Source of the DNA: Epiperipatus broadwayi
Lineage: Eukaryota > Animalia > Onychophora
NCBI GenBank assembly: GCA_028023455.1
Contig: JAQFVV010000009.1
Coordinates: 11,532,001 to 11,596,000, forward strand
Length of the DNA stretch: 64,000 bases
Reading direction: 5' to 3'
The notes beneath the pieces were generated by a model that saw nothing but the letters and a program-made list of their open reading frames with translations, did not search any database and was not told the origin of the DNA. Within the stretch, counting starts at the first letter, position 1. Every line of letters starts with the position of its first letter. The position numbers and the translations under genes were made by a program. This document shows, in pieces, positions 41,549-53,240 of this stretch.

Positions 41549-42398
41549 AATAAAGTTTGATATCTGTACTCGTTTCACAATATATGTAATATACAAATCA
41601 ATATATATATCAAAATACAGTACAATTTATATAAATTATATTCTTTTTGAAGTACTTTCGACTATACACTTTGTAGTCTTTATCAACTATATAACAGTGA
41701 ATAATCAAAACGAGACAACCCTTAACAATACCCATAGTTCAATTCAGATTTCCCATAATTCTGTTATCTTAACATTTGATGACTGGCGATTCATTAACAT
41801 TTGACGATTTCTTGAAATCAACATAGCTTCTTTTATTTTACGTTTATTATGACAACGTTCAATTTGAATAATTTTCATATTTTTATAATCAAATTTAAAT
41901 CCATATTGACAAGATTTATTATGATCAAATATAACAGATGATGATGGTTTATTTACATCTGTTCCATATTGATTCTCTTTTTGAATTCTATTATATAAAA
42001 GCATATGTTCTTTTATTCTCTTCTCAAATGTACACTTAGATTCACCAATGTATTGTACGCCGCATCCGCATATCAATCTACATATAATAGAATTTTGATT
42101 AAACTTGGAATTTTGAATTTTAGAATTATTAAGCAATCTATTTATGTTATTTGTAGAGAAAAAGGCAATATGACACAAACCATTATAAATTTTTCTAATA
42201 AACTTGACCTGCTCATCTGATATAAATGGCATTGAAATCCATTTCATTTTGATATTTTTATTTTTAATTTTATTATAGTGTTGATTTCTTTTAAATCCTT
42301 TAATAATATTATACAAAGTGTATAGTCGAAAGTACTTCTAAAAGAATATAATTTATATAAATTGTACTGTATTTTGATATATATATTGATTTGTATAT

Positions 42399-42406
<8 letters not shown>
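41549..42406 (-). mobile_element. Penelope-like element 3' fragment (family B, GIY-YIG ORF) with inverted 95-bp terminal copy
   Basis: ORF 41744-42316: IICRLICGCGVQYIGES...RIKEH...KRKIKEAMLI; inverted arms 41581-41675 / 42312-42406 (1 mismatch); TA runs on both sides. Confidence 0.92.
41645..41692 (-). ncRNA. Hammerhead motif, U3-A8 core, GAAA intact
   Basis: UUGAUAA-A-GACUA-CAAAGUGUA-UAGUC-GAAA-GUAC-UU-C. Confidence 0.7.

Positions 42407-42431
<25 letters not shown>
42402..42431. repeat. (AT)n tract joining two PLE copies
   Basis: Direct reading. Confidence 0.9.
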
Positions 42432-42434
<3 letters not shown>

Positions 42435-43706
42435 AAACCATAAAACAATACTAGATTAAATTTTAAAAATTTTACCAAAATCCTTACACAACCATGGTTT
42501 CATCTACTACAAATAGACCTTCTCAAGTGAAAATCAATCGAAAGGAAAACATATATATATATATACACAAACAAACCTTCCCATAATTCACTACAAATTC
42601 CACCTTCCCTTAATATCAAAAGAAGTCTTCATAAGATTGATAGCCTCAGAATCAAGGAGTTTTATCATCAAAGTCTCCTTTATTCTTCTTTTTAACTCAT
42701 TCTTTTCATAAAAAATAACCGAAGCATTGTTAAACAATATTCTATGACCTGTATTCAATTCATGAATATATAAAACTGAGTTAAGATACCTATGTTTAAC
42801 CCTACTTATATGAACCTTAACCCTTTTATTAAGGCTAAATTTACTTTGACCTACAAAAAATTTACCACAACTACATGGAATTTTATAAACAATACCAGGA
42901 ATAGACCTACTATCAATAGACTGCTTTGAACCATTAAGTAATGAATTCAAATCAGAACCTTTCCTCCATGCAACCTTCATTCCACCTAACAAATGACTAT
43001 TCCTATAAACCAAATTATAAATTGATGCTTTAAATGGTAAAGACATATAATCATCATCCTTAACAACAAAATTCTTATCATCCAAATCACGACTATAAAC
43101 ATTATTATTAAATACCACTTTTTTAATAAAATCATGATTATAACCTAATTCTACATATTCAGCAGAAAATTGACTTCTTTGAATATCAGCATCATTATTA
43201 AAATTATTAAGCCTTCTATTCCGACAACAAAAATTCAACAAAGACATTTTTTTATGTATAAAAGGCTGATAACTATCATGCCTAATCATATTTCTCAAAT
43301 TTTTAGGTTTTATAAAATGACTACAAAACAAAACATCATTAACCTTCTCAACATTTAAATCTAAAAACTTTAATTTTACAAAATCAAAACCACCCCCCTC
43401 AATTGTAAACGTAATACTAGAATCAAAACCATTCAATGCATATAAAAACTCTTCTAATTTCTCTTTCTGAATAACAAACAAACAATCATCAACATACCTA
43501 ACAAATAATTTAATAGAACATGAAAACATATTAATAATACTACACTCCAAATAATCAATATAGACAGCACACATCAATGGAGAAATGACATAACCAATAA
43601 CCCAACCTTCTCTAATCTTATAAAACACATCATTAGACATAAAATACATTGAATCCTCTAACAGCAAAAGCAAATCATGAAAAACCTTAATCTTATCTGC
43701 AGAAAA
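42432..43706 (-). mobile_element. Young 5'-truncated Penelope-like element (family A), open RT-to-GIY-YIG frame
   Basis: ORF 42591-43673, 360 aa: RYVDDC, KFLDL, GIVYKIPCSCGKFFVGQS...RVKVH...RRIKET; HHR in the 3' tail. Confidence 0.95.
42487..42529 (-). ncRNA. Hammerhead motif, U3-A8 core, GAAA intact
   Basis: CAC-UUGAGAA-G-GUCUA-UUUGUAG-UAGAU-GAAA-CCAUGG-UU-GUG. Confidence 0.78.
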
Positions 43707-43729
43707 TAAAACACATCATTAGACATAAA

Positions 43730-44711
43730 ATAAGATTAAGGTTTTTCATGATTTGCTTTTGCTGTTAGAGGATTCAATGTATTTTATGTCTAATGATGTG
43801 TTTTATAAGATTAGAGAAGGTTGGGTTATTGGTTATGTCATTTCTCCATTGATGTGTGCTGTCTATATTGATTATTTGGAGTGTAGTATTATTAATATGT
43901 TTTCATGTTCTATTAAATTATTTGTTAGGTATGTTGATGATTGTTTGTTTGTTATTCAGAAAGAGAAATTAGAAGAGTTTTTATGTGCATTGAATGGTTT
44001 TGATTCTAGTATTACGTTTACAATTGAGGGGGGTGGTTTTGATTTTGTAAAATTAAAGTTTTTAGATTTAAATGTTGAGAAGGTTAATGATGTTTTGTTT
44101 TGTAGTCATTTTATAAAACCTAAAAATTTGAGAAATATGATTAGGCATGATAGTTATCAGCCTTTTATACATAAAAAAATGTCTTTGTTGAATTTTTGTT
44201 GTCGGAATAGAAGGCTTAATAATTTTAATAATGATGCTGATATTCAAAGAAGTCAATTTGCTGCTGAATATGTAGAATTGGGTTATAATCATGATTTTAT
44301 TAAAAAAGTGGTATTTAATAATAATGTTTATAGTCGTGATTTGGATGATAAGAATTTTGTTGTTAAGGATGATGATTATATGTCTTTACCATTTAAAGCA
44401 TCAATTTATAATTTGGTTTATAGGAATAGTCATTTGTTAGGTGGAATGAAGGTTGCATGGAGGAAAGGTTCTGATTTGAATTCATTACTTAATGGTTCAA
44501 AGTAGTCTATTGATAGTAGTCTATTGATTCCTGGTATTGTTTATAAAATTCCATGTAGTTGTGGTAAATTTTATGTAGGTCAGAGTAAATTTAGCCTTAA
44601 TGAAAGGGTTAAGGTTCATATAAGTAGGGTTAAACATAGGTATCTTAACACAGCTTTATATATTAATGAATTGAATACAGGTCATAGAATATTGTTTAAC
44701 AATGCTTTGGT
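43730..44711 (+). mobile_element. Inverted second copy of family A PLE (palindrome arm), with a premature stop and no 3' tail
   Basis: Reverse complement of 42718-43696 with 11 substitutions and one indel cluster; CAG to TAG at 44503-44505. Confidence 0.95.
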
Positions 44712-44754
44712 ATATATAAATAACTGTAACTATTAAATGTCTGTATTTTTAAAT

Positions 44755-45132
44755 AATATAATAATTCAAATAAATCTATTTAACACAGTATCCAAATTTT
44801 AATAAATATATTCTTTACTGGAAGTACTTTTGATTGTAACACTGACAATCTTTATCAACCATTAATTAGCACAAATTTACACAAAATAAAAATCTTATAT
44901 TATCCATCATTCAAATTTCCCACAGTTCTGTTGTTTTTATATTAGCTGATTGTCTATTCATTAAACCCTTTCTATTTCTAGATATTGTCATTGTTTCCTT
45001 AATTTTTCGTTTTTCATTACATTTTTATTATCAAATTTAAAACCATAATTACACGTTTTATTATGATCAAAAATAACTGTTGGAGTATTCATATTATACT
45101 GTGTTAAATAGATTTATTTGAATTATTATATA
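44755..45132 (-). mobile_element. Older family-B-related PLE 3' fragment with inverted terminal copy of about 37 bp
   Basis: Homologous to 41640-41960 (gaagtacttt, tctttatcaac, atcaaatttaaa, ttattatgatcaaa blocks); inverted repeats at about 44755-44790 / 45096-45132. Confidence 0.8.
44816..44864 (-). ncRNA. Hammerhead motif, U3-A8 core, G12 to A
   Basis: UAAUGG-UUGAUAA-A-GAUUG-UCAGUGUUA-CAAUC-AAAA-GUAC-UU-CCAGUA. Confidence 0.68.
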
Positions 45133-48100
45133 TATCTTGGAAATATAATTAATTTGATTTTTAGGACAGGAAAACAATCTTTTTTTTATAATTAACAAAA
45201 CCCTCTATAATTATTATTTCTATAATTTTTTTTTACTAATTTCTCAGTGATCCCTTGAAACTTTATAAATTTGCTATATATAAGTTAGTTCTACTAATAA
45301 TTTTATGGAAGTAATCATGGCCAAGGAGAATGTTTTTTTGATTGTAGTAAACTTCTAATAGGAGTGACTTTTATTACAAAGATTCTTATCCCTACCTGAA
45401 ATGGTTTTGTCTACAGAAAATAATTAATCAAGAAGATAATGAAATGGAAATATAACCATTTTTGATGTGTTTTTGTTTTCTATATACTGTGATTGTGATA
45501 ATGAGTTCTATCTTTACTTCTTATAATTAATGTATCTAGAAATGGAATTTTATTTTATTTTTACCCACTATAAAATGAATGTTGTAGCAGCAAAGTATTT
45601 TTGAATGTTATCAAGGACAATTTTATATGAGGGGCCAAACAATAAAGGTATAGTTAACATACCTTAGTCATACCATACCATAGTTTTGGAATCAGTGAAT
45701 TAAATTTATTGTTTCCATGATTTCCATAAGATCAAAGACTAAAGTTGAATAAATTGTTGAACTTGTATATCAGATCATTGAATATAAAAAAGTGTATATG
45801 ATAAACAATGTTCAATTAATTGGACAACAAATACTAGGAACTAGATATTTTTCAAAAGTCCAATGGGTTCACTTACCAGCTTTCTGGTAGAAAGTGATAG
45901 AACATATAATATCATTTTACATAATTTTATATCCACAATATATTTTTAAAAATGACTGACTTCTTTAAGGCAATGTTTGTGTTATGTATGATTAAATGTT
46001 GTTATTATATGTTATATATATATAAAAAAAAAAAATAATAAAGAAGGAAAGAGGAAAAGAAAGTATTGAAGATTATGATTAAATGTGAAGTTCAAAAGCA
46101 AAATAGTACTCAAGTCAGTCAACAATTCAAGTGAATCCTTCATTTTTATATTTTTTATAATCATCATCTTATTCAAAATTATATGGATTATTAAAAATTA
46201 ATTAATCAGAGATTTTTTACAACTTCAAATTAAAAGTATTTTGTTAGCATTGTGCATTTTCTTTTAGCAGGTCTTGGATTGAATGAATTTTGTTTATTTA
46301 CATTAATTTACCAACCATTTTATTCTTTGAATCATAAGCAAGTGCTCAGTCATAGCTTGATTTAATTTTAACTTTTAGCACATAATGAATATTACAACAG
46401 TCTCATGGCATACATGCAATTGTAAAGTATTTACAGTTACAAAAGCTTTGTAAGCATTTACCAATGATTTTAACTGTGATTGAATGAATTATTGATCACA
46501 TCAAAAATATCATAGTGAATATATTGAGGGAAATACCAAATAATAAAACAATAATTAAGAAATAAATTAAAAAATACTGTAATGGATTTTTACAATCTCT
46601 GGCATACACTTTTGGAGGGAATTTCAGAGTAAAAAAAAAATTGAAGTACATAAATTGACTGCACAGTAAGTTAAATAAAGTGAAAACTCAAAATAAATAT
46701 AATTAAAAATATAGAAAAGTTATTTTAAATTTATATCTGGCATGAATACTATTTCCAGTCTTTATCATAAGAATTGTCTCCAAAGTAGATAACTTTCTGT
46801 CATTTGAGAAACTTAATATTAAAAATTATGAAATTTTAAATATGTAATTATTTTTATAGCATGTGTTGTTTAACATATCTAGGAAATGAAATTTATAAAA
46901 TATTTTGTTATTTGTAAAAATGCCTTTTGCTCTGTTAACTCAAGTTAATTTTAAAAGAAAAAAATGATATTGAAACAAAATGACCAGTAGAAAAAATCAT
47001 AACCTGAATTACTTCTGTATAAGTAATGATTAGAGAAAGTAATGATTAGAGACAATTAACTACAAAAAAAATATTTAGAAAGCTGATAATGAACTGCTAT
47101 CTCTAATTAAAGAAAGTAATTGTTAATAAAAATCCGATTTTATGTAATAAATATGATAAAAATGTGTTGTCTCCTATAAATATAGTCAAAGAAATTAATA
47201 AAGAATAGAATATATTACATAAGAAAAAGTAGTTAAAGAAAGTATAAAAGATATAGACAATTTATTTGTAATATGAATATTATAAGTATAATAGAAGAAC
47301 AATTTTTTTCCTCAAATTTAAAGCCATCTCATCAATGAATATCAAATAGTATAGCATTACAGCCAGAATATTATAACATATTATTACTAGATATCCAATA
47401 ATTAGTCAAACTTATAATATATGTATGACTCTCAAGCAGAATGAAAAAGAATCCTCTTGGAAAGATATGAGTAAGCATGTAAAAAAATGTATATTATCTT
47501 GTTGGTAATAATAATACAAGTACCTAATATTGCAATAAACTATTATTTATGGAGAAAATTATCAATATTAATCATTTTTCTTATAATAAGCTTATTAATC
47601 ATGTTCTTGTAAGTTTTTCTTATTTTAATTTTTCAATAACTAACTGAAATATGTGGCTAATGATGTTAATAAAATATTTGTTTAAAAAAAGATTTACATA
47701 TAGTGTATAGTATTAAATTATATACACAATCACTAAAATCATATATATATATAGACATGAGCCAAAACTCTCTACTTATAAAATTTTTTAATTTGACTAC
47801 ATATCATGTGGATTACTTCAGTAAGTTAAATTACATTCTTTAATGATAAAGATGTTTTCAGATCTCTCAGATGGCATCATAATATTAAGTATCAGATCTC
47901 CTGGATGGTGAGGACATAACTTTAAAAAAATTATAGTCTCTATCTTTCAAATATCATATTCAATGATATGTAAACTGTTGATTGTGTATTGAAATCCTTA
48001 TGATAGAAACCATTATATTGAAGGATAAAATAATTCTTAACTTTTAATGCACCTAGTCTAATAATATTGCAGATTATTACCTTCTACATTTGTTAAATCA

Positions 48101-51100
48101 TTTTAAAACTTATTTAAAAATGTATTTTTAAAATGACAAATCTTTTCAACTCTAGACAATATAATAAAACAAATAAAGCAGATCATGAAAATAATTTTCA
48201 TTAGATATAGATTTTCAGTGAATAATTTTATTTTTATAATATTGTTAATATTGTCAATCAAAAAATGTTAATACATTGCTTAATTTAATTAATGCATTGA
48301 TATTATAAAAATAAACATTATTTTCATTTAATTATGCTATAAATAAAAAAATCATATATAAATAAGTCAAATATGTTGGTTAAATGAATAATTTTATATC
48401 TGCAGATAACTATTATTAATATAAATACTAACACTGATAATTGCTGCCACCTTAAACTAAGATTAAAATATGTTGGCTGACAATAATTAATATATAGTCA
48501 CCATATGATATTTTTTTAGAGTACCAAATGATAAATATCTTATCATCATATATTGCAATGGTCAGAATTTGTATGCCTCATTAACTAGTTGCACAATTCA
48601 ACCACCACATTCGAAGAGCAGTATAACAGGTGGGTTCAGGGCCTGTGGTGCCATGTTCAAACCTAGTAGATCGATTCCACAACATAAACTACTGGACAAC
48701 ACACCTGCCATCACACTATTAAACATCTTTTAGGATCGGGGGTCAGGGAGATGCAAGGACTCTTACTAACTAAACCTAAAGTTATTATTATTACTTTACT
48801 AATGAGTAACATTTATGTATTTAACTTCTTATTGAGGTGAGATACCATGGCTATAAGGCATTAAAGAACAGATATACAGACATGGATGTAATTAAAATAT
48901 TATATATTTAATATTATAAATAAAGTTAGATTACATATTCTGAGGTTGATAACCTCTGAGACTCCTAATATGATATGAAACCTTACATTTGTATTTCATT
49001 AATTATTCGATCCGGCCCTTTTTGGGTATTAACCTAAGAGTTATTTCATGCCTAACCTATTAATAATATTAGTCAGAATACAAGATAAAAACAGTTTATA
49101 CATTACAGTGACAAATCTACACACCTTAGCAACAGAACATATGCTTAAAGTTTTATCTATATAATTATTTGTAGGGTCTGTTATTGGAGAGCAGTTAACA
49201 TGGAATACTTGGGAAATGTAATCATAAGTATACAATAAAAAGATAATAGAGTAAGCAAGAGGTGGTATGCATAGAGATGCCATGTAATTATTGAAGAGTA
49301 AAGTATGATATGGTGAAGCCATATGGGAAAATATAAAACTCCTGGGTGGGCTTTGTGCCTGGCACCCCTCGTGAATGATCATATAAACAGGTTTGGGTGT
49401 AAGGGACTTTTGCTGCTGTTATTTCCCAACCGCATGGTGAGATTAGCTACCCATGGGAGCACTTCTTAATATGCCCTACTGTATGGGAATGAAAAGATAC
49501 ATTTTTATATATGTATTCAGTAATTTTCATGGCTTTGAAAGGGAGCATGGCATCACTAAGCTATAACACATATCGCTGGCAGAATATAGTTAGATTTATT
49601 TAAATTTGCTTAAAAATGAGATGATTCATTTCCAAATTCCACATTTACAAGTTATTTTACTTAAAAGCCCTCAAATAACATAATTACTGGTTTATTAGCT
49701 TAAATAAATTAATGTAAACCAACTAATAAAAAGGGAGATTAAAATTCTATCTTATTACTATTGCTAATTTGATAAATCCTCCCACAACGAATTATAGTAC
49801 ACTCACACTCTTAACTAATATCAGAAATCAGAGGTGTCTCTGCAAGTAATTTTAATACATAACAATACTGGGAAGCATAATAATATGAAATTCATGAAAA
49901 CGCATCCATTAAATAGATTATTTAATAATAAGGCTGAATAATTAGGACAATTATTAGTTATAACATTTAGTAAAACTAGCGAGCCAAGTTGAAAATTATC
50001 TAAACATGAAATCATATACATAGACAAATAAATAATAATAAAATAGATACCCAAGGTGCAAGGTAAAGGATCAGATGTGTTAATTTACATTTAAATAGTT
50101 ACAGAGTTTTAATATATTTTAAATATTAATAAAAAAAACTTTTAATAGAGTTTTACATAAGTGGGATAAATTATAAATAAAGAAAATACAGATTGTTTTA
50201 ATGAGCTATAGCTTTAGATTAAGGAATGAAAGTTTTTTTAAAGATTTTGGGTACTGGTCCATTTATTTATCATCAGCATTTTTCCTTAGTGGCTTATTTT
50301 AAGATTTTAGTTGATGGCAGCATTTTAATCAGGCAGCAGCATGTACATTTTATTAAGTATCAACAGTTCATTTTAGAGCAAGTGGGAAGTTCAGTGCATA
50401 TAGAACCCCACAGAGAAGAATAGCACACACTTTACTCCTCACCCATGGCAATATAAAACAGCAAAAATGATTTACTTTTAAATACTAAAATGGCGTAACT
50501 ACCACAGACTAAAATTTGCAAAGAGTAAGCCAGATATCAGATTTATAATGATCCGAACAAAGTACACTTTAAAATCATCAGCACAGGAATGCTCTTAAAA
50601 TATATCCTAAAATTTAATTCAGTCCTTCTTTCTAAAACAAGAACACTCCCCTCTTTATACTTTTTCTTTCTGTTATTCTCTATATTGTGGATCTATCAGA
50701 CATGGTGTAGTTAGAGTCTCTCAGGTCTGCTAATGCAATACTCTTGGGTAAATTGATGCATTGGCAGCACATGTTATATTTGTATTTTTAATCGGACTGA
50801 AATTATTTTTTACTTTATTTTTGGTCTATTACTTGTGACCTAATTACAATGCAGATTTTACCTTTTCAAAACTAATAAAAAAAACTTTTAGAAATATTTC
50901 TCAGTGTTCAATTTTCTCTCTCCACCCATTATGACTTTGCAATTTTAAATAAACAGGATGGATTTCTATTTTTGTACATTTATATGTTTATAAGTTGTAA
51001 ACAGATTTTTAAGTTTTATAAATGAAAATATTATAAATATAAATTGACCTAAATAAGTATTTACATGATGGAATTTTAATATTATGAATTTAATAAATCA

Positions 51101-52089
51101 TTTAAATTATGTTACTTAATTTAATATTTACCTGATATCGGAGAGTGTGTGTATTTTTATGGGATATTTAGCAAATGTTTACGTATATATACCTAATAGC
51201 ATTATATGCACACAATCCAATATTCAAGGTTTAAATTTAGGTGGGATGTAGGAATGGGTAAAAGACAATAGAACAAATGGAACTGAGGTGAAATTAAGAT
51301 TCGAACTTGAATCTTACTGTTTCAATATTTCTCTTAACTCAGTTTGGTATATAAGAATAATTTGTTCCACACTTTCTTTTGCAGTCAACATGTTAATTAA
51401 ATAAAAACCATTTATTTTATTATATGTATATATGTATATTTTTTTCTATTTGTGTTTACTGATACTTAATTGTTTAGATTTATACCAATAAAATGAATAT
51501 ATTTATAATAATTGATTTGAAATTAGATAGTGCTTGCAGAAGAAATTAATCTGAAAGAAGTTATAATTGCACAAGTTACATTAGAACAGTAGTCTTCAAC
51601 ACCCAGTCTGCAGACCGGCATTGGGTCACAGAAGTTTTCTGCCAGTCTGCGCTAGACTGACAAGAAAGTCTGTAATAACAAAATAATAAGATTTTAAATT
51701 TTTAATTAATATAAACAATTTTTATTTATTTTTTCATCGCATTTTTACCTGATTAAAAAAAAAGAAACAGAACGAAAACAAAATCTAATCAATCATACAT
51801 AAATTAATTTGTTTTTCTATTTATCACAGATGTTTATGAGGGGGGAATTAAATTTTTTATTATTTTTCTAAAAAAATTCAAAATTAAAAAAAAAAGTTTT
51901 TTATTATACAAACTCCGGTTGTCTTTTAATAGCCAATCATGGCAGCTTGTCGGCATTGTTTATGTGTTAAAACAATAAAATGTAATGTTACCAGGCCACG
52001 ATTTTAAAAATACAGTGATTTTTTTTTGATCTCTTAATTTTTTTTTACTCTATCTTTTAATATTTCATTTTTAATGTTTTTTTTTTTTT

Positions 52090-53240
52090 TTTTTTGGCTA
52101 TATGGCGATTTTTTTTTTGGCTTTAAATTTTATTTTTGAAATAAATTTTTATTACCTTTTTTAAAAATAAAAACCTAAAAATAACTTCTGTCTCTAACTT
52201 TTACAAAGTATTTCTCAATACACCCCCACCCCACCCCAAAATAAAGTAAGATCAAAACTTTTGACTTTTTCAAGTTTCAGTTGATATTTTTTTTTTGAAA
52301 ATATGGCCACTTTTTTTGGCCTATAAGGTGATATCTTTTTTGCTTTTATTTATATACTGCTGATATACTAAAACTTTTATTTTTAGAACCAATTTTTATT
52401 ACCTTTTTTTAAAAATAAAAGCAAACCCAAATTAAATTTTGTCTCCGTGAAGACAAAGTATTTCTCAGCCCACTCCTGCCAAAAAAAATTAAAATAAGAT
52501 CTTTCTTGGCTTTAACTTTTATTTTTTAAATCAATTTTTTTTTTTTATAAAATATAGAATTTTATTCAGAAATTTGGTTACAATATATGATAATAGTTAA
52601 ACATAGAATATATTACATGATAATCAGGGGGATAAGTGCTCAATATTGATATCTTGTTTGACACCAGCTAAAAGGACTAATATGAAGCATATCAGCGAGG
52701 AACGAGTCTGGAATAGTATCTTGTTGATATAGATGACCACACTTGCATGTCTCATATAGTTCAGTGATAGGTCTAATCCTTTGTCCATGCTCCGCATGGC
52801 CAAGTCAACCCTTCATATTGGAAGTTACTTCCATAACAACTCAGGATCACCTTTTTTAAAAAAAGAAAAACAATCAAAAAATTTGTCTCTAACTTTTACA
52901 AAGTATTTCTCAATCCATCCTTACTCCCAAATTAAAATAAGATCAAAACTTTTGATTTTTTCAAGTTTCGTTTTCTTTTGTTTAAAAATACGCCCACTTT
53001 TTTTTTGGCCTATAAGGCACTATTTTGGGGGGGTTTATTTGTATACTGCTAATATACTAAAACTTTTATTTTTAAAACCAATACCTGTTACCTTTTTTTA
53101 AAAATAAAAACAAATTTTCTATCTTTTGTCTCAGTGAAGACAAAGTATTTCTCAACCCACTCCCCCCCCCCCAAAAAAAAAAAATTTTTTTTAAATAAGA
53201 TCAAAACTTTTGACTTTTTCAACTTTCGTTGTCTTTTTTT
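52090..53240 (+). repeat. Four copies of a unit of about 245 bp (A-B-A-B) inside the hAT element
   Basis: acaaagtatttctca at 52203, 52453, 52898 and 53140, each followed by an aaataagatc-like block. Confidence 0.85.
52535..52845 (-). mobile_element. Short 5'-truncated polyadenylated retro-insertion (LINE 3' end) inside the tandem array
   Basis: Minus strand ends ...ctgAATAAA...poly(A); it interrupts the repeat unit at a T-run and the unit resumes as atcaccttttttaaaa. No diagnostic protein motif. Confidence 0.55.
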
